Below are positions 1 to 10,011 of a DNA stretch of 64,000 nucleotides, piece after piece. Numbering within the stretch: position 1 is the first letter of the stretch; every line of letters starts with the position of its first letter. The position numbers and the translations under genes were made by a program. This stretch comes from Spirochaetia bacterium (GTDB taxonomy: Bacteria > Spirochaetota > Spirochaetia > SP-2023): NCBI GenBank assembly GCA_965263295.1, contig OZ253665.1:2304001-2368000 (forward strand), given 5' to 3'. The notes under the pieces are model-generated. The model was not told where the DNA came from. It did not search any database and was given only the letters and a program-made list of their open reading frames with translations.

Positions 1-2
1 TA

Positions 3-203
3 AAACCTTCGACGCCACTTTCCGCGGCCGTGGCCGCCTGGAACTCGCGTCCCAATGGAGCCTATACCTGGTTGCAGTACGACATGCCGGATGGCTTTGG
101 CATGGGAATTCTAGGGCCAATCTTTGGCGCCTACGCCAAGGGAGACATAGATAAACAGGGGTTTATCGACCAGATCGCAACTTCAATTGAAGCTCTCAAA
201 TAA
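3..203 (+). CDS. Sugar ABC transporter substrate-binding protein, C-terminal fragment (runs off window start)
   Basis: Hand translation of frame 3: KPSTPLSAAVAAWNSRPNGAYTWLQYDMPDGFGMGILGPIFGAYAKGDIDKQGFIDQIATSIEALK*; directly upstream of two CUT1 permeases. Confidence 0.75.
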   Translation, partial: KPSTPLSAAVAAWNSRPNGAYTWLQYDMPDGFGMGILGPIFGAYAKGDIDKQGFIDQIATSIEALK

Positions 204-219
204 AATTTGCCGGTGAATT

Positions 220-271
220 GACTTATAAATTAATCAGTGCATATGCATGTGCTCCGATTAATTTATAAGTC
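220..271 (+). promoter_or_regulatory. Long intergenic hairpin after the binding-protein gene (mRNA stabiliser or attenuator)
   Basis: Perfect 16 bp inverted repeat GACTTATAAATTAATC / GATTAATTTATAAGTC; the inner segment can also pair with G-U wobble. Confidence 0.7.
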
Positions 272-308
272 CTAGCCGTCCAGCGCCCTGCAAGTCCCAG
301 GAAAATAT

Positions 309-1208
309 ATGGATAAGACCAACAAGCTTGTATTTTGGGGCTTTCTCGCTCCGGCTCTACTTGCTTTTAGTTTGGTACTTGTCGTTCCATTTTTAATGGG
401 TATTTACTACTCAATGACCGACTGGCAAGCCATTTCGGGCAATCCGGTTCATTTTATCGGCTTAGAAAACTATGCCGGCATGTTTAAAGATGTCCAGTTC
501 ATGTATTCCTTTGCCCTAACTTTTACATTTGCCGCCATTAGCATTATCCTGATCAACCTAGTGGCCCTGACACTCGCGACTCTGGTGACGCATAATTTGC
601 CTCTAAAAAATTTCTTTCGTGCCGGCTTCTTTATTCCCAACCTGATTGGTGGTCTTGTCCTCGGTTTCATTTGGCAATTCATTTACAAAAATATCACTCC
701 TGCCCTGGGTGCATTACTTGGCTGGCAAACTCTTGAGGATTTACTGATTCTGGCAGACGAACGCCTCGCTGTTATCGCCGTTATCGTGGCGTATACCTGG
801 CAGTATGCAGGTTACATCATGTTGATTTATATCGCCGCGCTGCTCAACGTTCCACAAGAGTTAGTTGAAGCTTGTGAGCTCGACGGTGCGGGCTTCCTAC
901 AGAAATTTCGCCACATAATTTTTCCGTTAATTGCCCAGGCATTCACCATCTCCTCGTTCCTGACTCTAGTCGCCTCTTTCAAACAATTTGACATCCTGAT
1001 CGCGCTGACAGCGGGAGGCCCGCCGATGCAATTTCACGGCCAGACCATCAATGCAACAGAGCTCCTCGCCCTAAATATTTACAATGTGGCTTTCAAGTTC
1101 AACCAGATGGGCCAAGGGCAGGCGCGATCTGTAATCTTCTTTGTCATCCTGGTGCTGATTGCACTGCTTCAGGTGCAATACAACAAGAGACGCGAAGTTG
1201 AAATGTAA
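309..1208 (+). CDS. Carbohydrate ABC transporter permease (CUT1, MsmF-like)
   Basis: Multiple TM helices, FIGLENY motif, EAA loop ELVEACELDGAG. Confidence 0.92.
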   Translation: MDKTNKLVFWGFLAPALLAFSLVLVVPFLMGIYYSMTDWQAISGNPVHFIGLENYAGMFKDVQFMYSFALTFTFAAISIILINLVALTLATLVTHNLPLKNFFRAGFFIPNLIGGLVLGFIWQFIYKNITPALGALLGWQTLEDLLILADERLAVIAVIVAYTWQYAGYIMLIYIAALLNVPQELVEACELDGAGFLQKFRHIIFPLIAQAFTISSFLTLVASFKQFDILIALTAGGPPMQFHGQTINATELLALNIYNVAFKFNQMGQGQARSVIFFVILVLIALLQVQYNKRREVEM

Positions 1209-1221
1209 GGAAACACCATTA

Positions 1222-2085
1222 ATGCCGCTCAGCAAAAAAAACGTACAAGAAATAATTCTGTTCGTTCTAACTGCTATTTTATTCATATTTGCGATGTATC
1301 CCTTTTTTATCGTACTAATTAATGCCTCCAAAACTTCATTGGAGATCATGACAAGCCCGGCTAAAATGCCTGCAAACTGGGGACAACTGTTCAAAAATAT
1401 CGGTGAAATATGGGGCTCGCGCTCGATTCGTTATCCTTCAAGCGTATGGAGCAGTTTCGTCATCACCACTTTGTCCTTGCTGCTCATTTGTCTGTGTTCA
1501 TCCATGGCCGCCTGGGTCCTGGTGCGCAGCAAAAGTAAAGTCTCGCATTTTTTATTCCTTATTTTTGCAGCTGGTCTGGTAGTACCGTTCCAAGTCGTCA
1601 TGTTTCCTTTAATTGAATTTTACCGCATGATTTTTGAAAGTCTTGGCCTGCGCATGCTGCGCAGCTACCACGGCATCATTTTGGCGTACATTGGTTTTGG
1701 TGCGCCATTAGCCATTTTTATGTTCCACGGCTTTATCAAGAGTGTGCCCCTGGAATTAGAAGAGGCCGCAACCATTGACGGCTGCGGCAAACCGGCCATC
1801 TTTTTCCGCATTATCGTGCCGATTATGAAACCTATTTTCATCACGATTCTGGTGCTCAACGTACTGTGGATCTGGAATGATTACCTCTTACCCGCCCTGG
1901 TCCTGGGCATAGGACAAGATTTACAGACTATTCCGCTGGCTATCCGGGCCTTTGCCGGTTCCTTTGTCAAAAAGTGGGACCTGATTATGACCGCTGTACT
2001 GATGGCGGCCATACCAATCATCGCCTTTTTCTTGATGGTACAAAGACATGTTATCCAGGGCATGGTTGCGGGCTCTATCAAATAG
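1222..2085 (+). CDS. Carbohydrate ABC transporter permease (CUT1, MsmG-like)
   Basis: EAA loop ELEEAATIDGCG, WNDYLLP motif; start moved to ATG 1222 behind AAGGA. Confidence 0.92.
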   Translation: MPLSKKNVQEIILFVLTAILFIFAMYPFFIVLINASKTSLEIMTSPAKMPANWGQLFKNIGEIWGSRSIRYPSSVWSSFVITTLSLLLICLCSSMAAWVLVRSKSKVSHFLFLIFAAGLVVPFQVVMFPLIEFYRMIFESLGLRMLRSYHGIILAYIGFGAPLAIFMFHGFIKSVPLELEEAATIDGCGKPAIFFRIIVPIMKPIFITILVLNVLWIWNDYLLPALVLGIGQDLQTIPLAIRAFAGSFVKKWDLIMTAVLMAAIPIIAFFLMVQRHVIQGMVAGSIK

Positions 2086-2392
2086 ATAGGAACAGGCTTC
2101 ACCTCTTTTGCCTGCCCGTTCTCTGTCTGCAAATCGTTTAGCAAATTTTCTACAGCTTTTTCGTACCTTTCTGCCGCAGTTATTTCGGGATCTATGACAT
2201 TCTTTGTTTTCGTCTTTTGTGTGCGGTTATGTTGGCCTTAAAATATTAGTATCCCTGATAACTTTGCCAGCAGTCTGAATGCCAGGCCAGCCTTATTGAC
2301 ATCTCTTCGTTGCGATGGCTGACATATATGTAAAAATTGACTAGAATTGAAATCTGGCCACGCGAGCGCAGTCCTAAATTTTGCGCCAAGCT

Positions 2393-2433
2393 CTGTCCCC
2401 AATTTTGTCCCCTGTTTTGTCCCCTGTTTTGTC
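2393..2433. repeat. 12 bp tandem repeat (TTTTGTCCCCTG-like, about 3.5 copies) upstream of lptC
   Basis: ctgtccccaattttgtcccctgttttgtcccctgttttgtc. Confidence 0.8.
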
Positions 2434-2437
2434 AATT

Positions 2438-3172
2438 ATGTCTAGCTTCAAAGCCCCTGCCCAACTCTGCCTGATCCTGATGAACCTTGCAGCCTTAAAC
2501 AGCTGCCGCCTCAATACCGAATCCCTGACGACTGTCGACACCTTGGCCCGCGGCCTTCCCAATATTGTCATCAAGGGCGTCATTTATAAAGAAATAGAGA
2601 ACAAACAGCTGACAAGAGAAGTGCATGCTGACGAGTTCAAAGTTTTCAGCAAAGAGAATCTTGTCCAGGTAAAAAAAGGCCACGTAACGACCTACCGTGA
2701 CGGCGAAGAGCAACTTTTGGGCGAGGCTGAATCCGCGGAGTACAACCAGGAAAGCGAAGACGCCACCGTCACAGGGCCAATTAAAGTCCGCTACTATCCT
2801 GAAGAGACCAGCATCCTGGCGCAAAAGCTTGATTGGGTGCACGAAGACCGCATTCTGAGCTCTCCGCCAGAAGGCACGGTTGAAATTAGGCAAGATAACG
2901 GCACGGAATTCCAGGGCAAGGGCTTTGCCGTCGACATGAACAGCAAAACTGTGTCTTACCAGAAAGACGTTCATGGCCAACTCTACGCCGAGAGCGATGG
3001 CGAGGGAAAAGAAGGACCTAAGAACAGTCAGGTTCTGACAGCAGAAGAACAAGTGCCAAAGAACAGAAATCCAGATAATGCGCTTGAAAACTTACTTGGG
3101 GACTCACCAGGGAACCCTGAACCGCTTGAAAGCGGCAGTCCTGCAGCGGCCATTGACGAGGTTCGGCAATGA
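2438..3172 (+). CDS. lptC: LPS export periplasmic protein LptC-like, possible lipoprotein
   Basis: Upstream of lptA-lptB; beta-jellyroll-like segments (KLDW, FQGKGFAVDMN); possible lipobox LNSC; acidic low-complexity tail; start uncertain. Confidence 0.7.
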   Translation: MSSFKAPAQLCLILMNLAALNSCRLNTESLTTVDTLARGLPNIVIKGVIYKEIENKQLTREVHADEFKVFSKENLVQVKKGHVTTYRDGEEQLLGEAESAEYNQESEDATVTGPIKVRYYPEETSILAQKLDWVHEDRILSSPPEGTVEIRQDNGTEFQGKGFAVDMNSKTVSYQKDVHGQLYAESDGEGKEGPKNSQVLTAEEQVPKNRNPDNALENLLGDSPGNPEPLESGSPAAAIDEVRQ

Positions 3173-3903
3173 AAGCGAGAGTTGGGTTCTCAAGCATTTT
3201 ACTCCTGACGACACAGTGGCGCTCGACAATATTGACCAAGCCCCAAAGCCGTGCCTTGGTCTTAATGCTGATATTCAAGTTACTGGCCCATCTACAAGAC
3301 AACGCAAGCCTTGTCCACTTGCAGGCCGATACCATTGAATTCAGTGCGGAAAAGGTCTGGTCTACGGCGGCGAAAGGTCGCGAGCAAACTCAACTACAAG
3401 GCCATGTCGCAGTCGATGTCAATAACTCCAGCATCCAGACCGAACACTTGGACATCTTTGGAGAAGACCGCGATATCCTGGTTGCCAAAGGTAATGTCTA
3501 TATTGATAATCGCGAACAAGAGCTTGAAATCAAAGGCCGCGAGTTATTTTACAACCGCAAGACCAAGTTGCTGCGCATGCACGGTGATATTGATCTTCAG
3601 GACAAGGATAACGAGGTCATCGTTTATTGCGATTTTATTGAGTATGACGAAGATGCCGACGTGGTTAAAATGCAAATTAATGCCAGAATTTTCAGTGAAG
3701 ATATTACCGCTCGTAGCGAATATGCCGTATATAACCGCAAGACCCAAATTGTCGAACTGACGGGCGCTCCGATCGTGCACAAAGGTGAAGATATCTACCA
3801 GGCTGCCCGCATTTTTGTCAACCTTGATACAAAGGATATAGACCTGGATAATGGCGTTGAAGGGCGGATTATCACTAAAGATGACGACGATAATTCAGAG
3901 TAG
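3169..3903 (+). CDS. lptA: LptA/OstA-family periplasmic lipid transport protein
   Basis: OstA-like repeats (LQGHVAV, AKGNVYI, ELTGAPIV, YQAARIFVNLD); sits between lptC and lptB. Confidence 0.8.
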   Translation: MKARVGFSSILLLTTQWRSTILTKPQSRALVLMLIFKLLAHLQDNASLVHLQADTIEFSAEKVWSTAAKGREQTQLQGHVAVDVNNSSIQTEHLDIFGEDRDILVAKGNVYIDNREQELEIKGRELFYNRKTKLLRMHGDIDLQDKDNEVIVYCDFIEYDEDADVVKMQINARIFSEDITARSEYAVYNRKTQIVELTGAPIVHKGEDIYQAARIFVNLDTKDIDLDNGVEGRIITKDDDDNSE

Positions 3904-3955
3904 TTATCGCTGCTCCCCAGCTCTTCGGAAATAATTTAGGAACAGACGGGACTCA

Positions 3956-5383
3956 ATGGCAAGACAACGAGCGCCATATGCCGGCCCAGATTCCGCGCTC
4001 GCGCGCAAGGGCCCTGGCACTAAGCGTGTTAGCTCTTTAAAAGATCGCCAATGGCAAGGCCAGAATCGCCCCCAGGCCGCCCAACGCCCGCAACTACAGC
4101 TGCGGCAGGCAGGCCGGTCCCATAGTGAGCATCATGGTGAGCGCGAGCGGCAACGCCGCATGAAAACTAGCCCGGTGGCGCCTTCGTTCCTGCCGACTGA
4201 CAACCCCGTCTTGCCGTTTCCTGGACCTGCCGGCCAGAGACGCAGCCGGAGAGACAAAAATCCTCGGCCTCCTGTTAGGGCTGATCATGTCACTAGTCAT
4301 AGATTTAGCCCTGGTGGGGCCGGCCATGCTCCCTCCCCTCCGGTGCGGCCCGTCTCCCCGACTTCCCCGCCGCCTGGCCATCCTGTGGCTCCCGCGACGG
4401 CTGAGACTCCGCAGGCGCAAGCTTTTGATAATATCTTATTTGATCAAGACCAGCATGAAGAGGCGCCGCAGAAAGACGAGCTCGGCTTGCCCAGCATCCA
4501 AGAGCTGGAGCGAGAGCAGAGGCAATTACAGCATAAACGCCGAAAGGAGGGAACGGAGGCCCTGCAGGCCCTGGAAATGGAAGCCCGCAGTCAGGAAATT
4601 GAGCGCGTCCACAGCAGTAAGATCGAAGTTCCCGAACTGGATCTGCGCATGCGTGAGGGGAATTCCTACCTGCACGCTTCTCATTTAAACAAGCGTTATG
4701 GCCGTAAAATTGCCGTGGTCGATATTTCAATCTCAGTGTGCCAAGGCGAGGTGGTCGGTCTGCTGGGCCCCAATGGCGCCGGCAAGACAACCTGTTTTTA
4801 CATGATTGCCGGTTTTGTGCATCCCACGCGCGGTCAAGTCCTGCTTGACGAACAAAATATCTCACGCTGGCCCATGTATAAACGGGCGCGCCAGGGGATT
4901 TCCTACTTGCCTCAGGAGGCCTCCATTTTCCGCTCGTTGACGGTGGAACAAAACCTGCTGGCCATTTTGGAATATCGCCGCGACATGAACCGCCGGGCTC
5001 GCATGGAAATGGCCGAATTCCTCATGCAGCGCTTGGGAGTGCTGCGCCTGCGCAAACAGAAGGCATCCACCCTGTCTGGCGGCGAGCGCCGCCGCGTCGA
5101 AGTCGCGCGCGCCTTGGTGCTGGAGCCGCGGTTTCTACTTCTCGACGAGCCGTTCGCAGGCATTGACCCGATCGCCGTGTCAGAAATCAAAGGGATCATT
5201 CGGGCATTGGCCCAGAGCAACATTGGCATCTTAATCACCGATCACAACGTCCGCGACACCCTGGACATCACAGACCGCTCCTATATCGTCAACCTCGGCG
5301 AGATTCTGGTCAGCGGCAGCCGCGCGGAACTGATTGCCTCCAAAGCCGCGCGCGAAGTTTATCTGGGTGCTGAATTTAGCTAG
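3956..5383 (+). CDS. lptB: LPS export ABC ATPase LptB with a roughly 230 aa low-complexity N-terminal extension
   Basis: GLLGPNGAGKTT, YLPQEASIFR, LSGGERRRVE, DEPFAGIDP, ITDHNVR and YLG C-terminus are diagnostic for LptB; alternative start at 4649. Confidence 0.93.
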   Translation: MARQRAPYAGPDSALARKGPGTKRVSSLKDRQWQGQNRPQAAQRPQLQLRQAGRSHSEHHGERERQRRMKTSPVAPSFLPTDNPVLPFPGPAGQRRSRRDKNPRPPVRADHVTSHRFSPGGAGHAPSPPVRPVSPTSPPPGHPVAPATAETPQAQAFDNILFDQDQHEEAPQKDELGLPSIQELEREQRQLQHKRRKEGTEALQALEMEARSQEIERVHSSKIEVPELDLRMREGNSYLHASHLNKRYGRKIAVVDISISVCQGEVVGLLGPNGAGKTTCFYMIAGFVHPTRGQVLLDEQNISRWPMYKRARQGISYLPQEASIFRSLTVEQNLLAILEYRRDMNRRARMEMAEFLMQRLGVLRLRKQKASTLSGGERRRVEVARALVLEPRFLLLDEPFAGIDPIAVSEIKGIIRALAQSNIGILITDHNVRDTLDITDRSYIVNLGEILVSGSRAELIASKAAREVYLGAEFS

Positions 5384-5412
5384 TCCCCTTCGCGATTGAG
5401 CACAATGGCAGC

Positions 5413-7110
5413 ATGAATACACACAACGCCCCCAAGTCATGCGCAAATTTTCCTGAATTGCTGCGACCCTACTGCTTCCGCAACTTAAAATATCGCTACT
5501 GGGGGCGGGATTACCATCTTGCCAGCTCACAAGAGCTGTTCAGCGCCACGCAAATTGATCGCGGCTCCCAGCTGCTGCTACAAAGCTTGTTGCCGCCGAC
5601 TGCAGCACAGGGCGCTGCCGGCCCGCTCGCGAGTCTGCTAGACAAAGCCTTTGACGCTCGCCCCTTTCAAGCCCAAGGCGCAGAACGAGCTGCGCCACAG
5701 GAAGCGCCGGACCAGGCCGGGCGAGCCCGGCTGGAAATCTGGGACTGGGGTTGCGGCATTGGCACCCTGGGACTGCTGGTCCAGGGCCACTGTGCCCAAG
5801 TATTGGCAAGGCGCAACAAGCTGCGGGCCCGCGGCGGCCTCGCAGCACAACAACTAAATTGTGAATTGCGCGTATTTGACCGCGACGCCCTGGCCCTGGC
5901 CTTCTGCGCGGCAAACTGGCGCGCCAATATCTCCCCTGAACTCGGATTTTCGCCCAGCCTGCACTTGACCCCTGGCATCTGGGGCGAAGAGCCCCTGGCC
6001 CCAGATGAGCCGGCAACGACGCAGCTGGTACTGAGCAATGTTCCCGCCAAACTTGGCGAGCCGGTACTGCGGCAAGTGCTCCCGGCCCTGGCCGCCAGTG
6101 GCGCCACTTATGTTGCGGTTGTGATCGTTGCCCCGCTGCGTCATCTCCTCGAAGCGGCCGCCGCAGCCGGACAAATTGAAATCTTGCAGCTCTCTGGTTC
6201 AGGTGACCACTGTGTGATTCATTACCGCCAGGCAAAAAACGCGCAAAACCCGGCGGCCCAGACATCAGTGCGCCAACTGCCCGCGGCCCTGAAACTCTAT
6301 AAACGCGGTGAGTCCTGTTTTGCCTTGGAGCGTCGAGGTCGCTCTTTCAATCTGCGCAAGAGCGCACGCCCCAAAGACAAGTCCCGCAAGCTAGAGGGCG
6401 AGCGGCAAGGCCCGGCCCGGCAATTGGGTGAGGCGCCCGCAAGCCCGTGCCGCAAAATTTCCAGCTGGCTGCTGCATTGGCCGTTCCGCAGTGCCTATGG
6501 CCTGCCAGATTTTGAGCGGCCGAGCTATGGCCTGGAACAGCAGGTCCGGCTACTGGCCCAGCGCAATTGGGGCGGCCGCATATTGCTGTGGCAGCCTGGG
6601 CACGGGCACTTGGCCTGTTTTTTGACCCTAAAGCCTGGTTGTCAAGTGCGGCACATTGACCTGGCGGGCCGCGACCGCCTGGGACTAATATTTGCCCAGC
6701 ACAACCTGAAAAATCTGGCCAACTTTACAGATAGACCCATTCCTGAAATGGCAATACACAGTCTAGCCTGCTGTGAAGCCATGCCCCTGGGCCCAGTTCC
6801 AGCCGATGGAAGTAGTGGACCTGGGGACAGAGATGGGGATGGAAACGGGGATAGACATGGCGGTCGGCATCAAAACAAACAAGGCTGGGACTTGATTGTA
6901 TTACCGCTGGAAGACAAATTATCGTGGCCGAAGGCCGAAGCCCTGCGCTCCTGGTTGGAACGCCAAGCCCCGCATACATGGCTCTGCATTCAAGGGCGCA
7001 GTCATAGCATTCAGCAGCTGCAGCAGCTGCCCGGCTGGACACCGCCCAAAGCCACTGCCCGTGAGGAACTGCGCGGCCATGGCCTGCGGACTCAACTCTG
7101 GCACAACTAA
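5413..7110 (+). CDS. Class I SAM-dependent methyltransferase, RsmC/MTS-like, with a second degenerate domain
   Basis: LFSATQIDRGSQLLL, DWGCGIGTLG motif I, SNVP motif IV-like; second half has ILLWQPGHGH and AGRDRLGL resembling a decayed duplicate. Confidence 0.6.
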   Translation: MNTHNAPKSCANFPELLRPYCFRNLKYRYWGRDYHLASSQELFSATQIDRGSQLLLQSLLPPTAAQGAAGPLASLLDKAFDARPFQAQGAERAAPQEAPDQAGRARLEIWDWGCGIGTLGLLVQGHCAQVLARRNKLRARGGLAAQQLNCELRVFDRDALALAFCAANWRANISPELGFSPSLHLTPGIWGEEPLAPDEPATTQLVLSNVPAKLGEPVLRQVLPALAASGATYVAVVIVAPLRHLLEAAAAAGQIEILQLSGSGDHCVIHYRQAKNAQNPAAQTSVRQLPAALKLYKRGESCFALERRGRSFNLRKSARPKDKSRKLEGERQGPARQLGEAPASPCRKISSWLLHWPFRSAYGLPDFERPSYGLEQQVRLLAQRNWGGRILLWQPGHGHLACFLTLKPGCQVRHIDLAGRDRLGLIFAQHNLKNLANFTDRPIPEMAIHSLACCEAMPLGPVPADGSSGPGDRDGDGNGDRHGGRHQNKQGWDLIVLPLEDKLSWPKAEALRSWLERQAPHTWLCIQGRSHSIQQLQQLPGWTPPKATAREELRGHGLRTQLWHN

Positions 7111-7284
7111 ATGTGTCAGGCTCGGCACGAATTGCCTCGTTCCCCCTCATGCGAGAATGGGTTGACGGCTACGGGCAGATATCCAGCGGAACAGGTTGTT
7201 GGGACGAGTTTTGGAAACGAGCTAACTCATTTATAAATTTATAGATAAAATAAGCACTTTGAAGAAGCCCTTTGGACTGTCTTT

Positions 7285-7313
7285 TTGACAGCCTCCCCGT
7301 TTATCAGTAGAAT
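7285..7313 (+). promoter_or_regulatory. Sigma70-type promoter of gyrA
   Basis: TTGACA-17 nt-TAGAAT about 115 nt upstream of the gyrA ATG. Confidence 0.75.
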
Positions 7314-7429
7314 TCTGCCAGTTTTATGGCCTTGGCCTTTCTAATCCCGTGATTGGCGCTTGACCTGCGCTTGGCTTGTCCCCGCGAACAGCCGGGAATC
7401 AGTTTTCCAAACTCAAAAAGGAATTTGCA

Positions 7430-9958
7430 ATGTCCGATGAAGCCCGAGACTCAGGCTCTGTTTATCCCATAACCATTGAAGAGGAAGTACAAAAATCCTA
7501 TCTCACTTATGCGATGTCGGTCATTGTTTCGCGCGCCTTGCCCGACGTGCGCGACGGCCTGAAACCGGTGCACCGCCGCATCCTGTATTCCATGAACGAC
7601 ATGGGGCTACACCACAGCCGCCAGCCGCGTAAAGCGGTGCGCGTGGTCGGGGACGTATTGGCCAAGTATCACCCGCACGGAGACCAGTCCGTCTACGATG
7701 CGCTGGTGCGCATGGCCCAGGATTTCTCCCTGCGCGAGCCCATGATCGAAGGCCAAGGTAACTTTGGTTCAATTGATGGCGATCCGCCGGCGGCCATGCG
7801 CTATACCGAAGCCCGGCTTGCCGCCGTCTCCGAAGCCATGCTGCGCGATCTCAAAAAGGATACGGTCGATTTCCAGCCCAACTTTGACGATACGGATAGC
7901 GAACCGGTGGTTTTGCCGGCGGCCATGCCCTTCTTGCTGGTCAACGGCGCCAGCGGCATCGCCGTGGGCATGGCCACGAATATTGCGCCCCACAACCTGC
8001 GGGAAGTTTGCCAGGCTATCTGCGCCTTGATTGCGGACCCCGAGCTCAGCGATCAGGATTTATTCGCCCATGTCCAAGGCCCCGATTTCCCAACGGGCGG
8101 CATTGTCTGCGGCCTGCGCGGCGCGCGCCAAGCCTACCTGACGGGCAAGGGCCAGGTAATCATGCGCGCGCGTCACCGGCTCGAAACTTTGCACGTCGAG
8201 CGCGAAGCCATCGTAGTCACGGAAATCCCTTACATGGTCAACAAAGCCAACATGGTCATGAAAATTGCCGAGCTGGTGCGCGACAAACGCATCGACGGCA
8301 TTGCGGATCTGCGAGACGAGTCGGATCGCAACGGTATCCGCATCGTGATTGAGCTAAAAAAAGGGTTCCCACCGGAGATACTTCTGAACCAGCTGTACAC
8401 CCTCAGCCCGCTGCAGAGCTCTTTCCATGTCAACAACCTCGCGCTTGACCATGGCCGGCCCCGACTCTTCACCCTGCGTGAGATGATCCGGGCATTCGTC
8501 TCCCACCGCTTTGAAGTTCAGCAACGTCGTATCCGCTTTGATCTGCGCAAGACCAAGGAGCGGGCACATATTTTGGAAGGCCTGAAGGTCGCGCAGGATA
8601 ATATTGATGCCGTTATTGAATTGATCCGTTCTTCGAGCACGGTGGAAGCGGCCCGGCAGGGTTTGATGCACGGTTTTGGCCTTTCCGAGCTCCAGGCCGT
8701 GGCCATTCTGGAAATGCGCCTGCAGCGTTTGACCAGCATGGAAGTGCGGAAAATCGTGGATGAGCTCAACGAGTGCTACCGTTTGATCGCGGAACTGGAA
8801 GACCTTTTGGCTCACCATGAGAAAATCTATGGCCTGGTCAGCGCCGAGACACGTGAACTCGGCGAAAAATACGGCACGCCCCGACGTACCGATATTTCGG
8901 CCGTGGAAGTCGATGGCTCAATTTCGATGGAAGATCTGATCCAGGAAGAGGAAATGGTGGTGTTGATTTCCCACCAGGGCTTTGTCAAGCGCATTCCCGC
9001 CAGCGAGTACAAGGAACAAAGCCGAGGCGGCAAGGGTATGCGCGTCTCCCAGCTCCGCGCCAACGACTTTGTCGAGCATATTTTTATCGCGAATACCCAC
9101 CACTACATTCTATTTGTCAGCACCGAAGGCAAAGCCTACCACCTGAAAGTCTACGAGCTGCCCGAGGGTTCCAAGGCGTCCAAGGGCAAGCACATACGCA
9201 ATCTCTTTGGCTTTGAGGCAGATGAAGACATTACCGCCTACGTCGTCTTGCCCGAGTTCAGGCAAGACACGTATTTGTTTATGGCCACACAGCGCGGCGT
9301 GGTTAAACGCGTCACGACGCACGAGTTCCGCAATGCCAAGGTGCGTGGCATCCGCGCCATTGAGCTGGACGAAGGGGACCACCTGGTAGGTGCCGAGTTG
9401 ACCAACGGCAACCTCGACTTGCTGCTGCTGACCCGCAAAGGCAAGGCTCTGCGCTTCAATGAAAGCGAAATCCGCGTCACTGGGCGCACAGCGCGGGGCG
9501 TGCGCGGCATGCGGCTCAAAGATGGCGACCACCTGATCAGTGTCTGCTGCCAGCACGAAGAACACTCACAATTAATGCTCATCAGCCAAAACGGCATCGG
9601 CAAGCGCCTGGCCTTTGACCTGTTTACACCCCATGCCCGCGGCACTCAGGGCCAGCGCAGCTACACGATCAACGATAAAACCGGCCCTCTGGTCGACGTC
9701 AAGACCGTCCACGACGATGACGCGGCGATCGTGACCACGGAGCAGGGCAAGGCCATCCGTATCGCGGTCGCCAAAATTTCCAGCCTGGGGCGCACAGCCT
9801 CGGGCGTGCGCCTGCTGCGTGCCGGTGCGGGCGACAATGTCGCCGGCCTGGCCATCATTGGTCCGCAGGAAGATGCAGAGAGTCCGCAAATGGAGGAAGC
9901 CGAACCGGAAAGCGAAGTCCTGGGCGGTGACGAAGTTCCACCCCCAAACGAGGACTGA
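7430..9958 (+). CDS. gyrA: DNA gyrase subunit A
   Basis: SRALPDVRDGLKPVHRR, YHPHGD, AAMRYTE catalytic Tyr, GyrA-box QSRGGKG, C-terminal pinwheel repeats; ATG 7430 behind AAGGA. Confidence 0.97.
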   Translation: MSDEARDSGSVYPITIEEEVQKSYLTYAMSVIVSRALPDVRDGLKPVHRRILYSMNDMGLHHSRQPRKAVRVVGDVLAKYHPHGDQSVYDALVRMAQDFSLREPMIEGQGNFGSIDGDPPAAMRYTEARLAAVSEAMLRDLKKDTVDFQPNFDDTDSEPVVLPAAMPFLLVNGASGIAVGMATNIAPHNLREVCQAICALIADPELSDQDLFAHVQGPDFPTGGIVCGLRGARQAYLTGKGQVIMRARHRLETLHVEREAIVVTEIPYMVNKANMVMKIAELVRDKRIDGIADLRDESDRNGIRIVIELKKGFPPEILLNQLYTLSPLQSSFHVNNLALDHGRPRLFTLREMIRAFVSHRFEVQQRRIRFDLRKTKERAHILEGLKVAQDNIDAVIELIRSSSTVEAARQGLMHGFGLSELQAVAILEMRLQRLTSMEVRKIVDELNECYRLIAELEDLLAHHEKIYGLVSAETRELGEKYGTPRRTDISAVEVDGSISMEDLIQEEEMVVLISHQGFVKRIPASEYKEQSRGGKGMRVSQLRANDFVEHIFIANTHHYILFVSTEGKAYHLKVYELPEGSKASKGKHIRNLFGFEADEDITAYVVLPEFRQDTYLFMATQRGVVKRVTTHEFRNAKVRGIRAIELDEGDHLVGAELTNGNLDLLLLTRKGKALRFNESEIRVTGRTARGVRGMRLKDGDHLISVCCQHEEHSQLMLISQNGIGKRLAFDLFTPHARGTQGQRSYTINDKTGPLVDVKTVHDDDAAIVTTEQGKAIRIAVAKISSLGRTASGVRLLRAGAGDNVAGLAIIGPQEDAESPQMEEAEPESEVLGGDEVPPPNED

Positions 9959-9998
9959 CGAGGACTGACGAGGACGGACAAAAGACTGACAAGGACTA
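9948..9998. repeat. 10 bp tandem repeat ACGAGGACTG (about 5 decaying copies) spanning the gyrA stop
   Basis: acgaggactg acgaggactg acgaggacgg acaaaagactg acaaggacta. Confidence 0.85.
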
Positions 9999-10011
9999 AA
10001 ATGACAAACCG

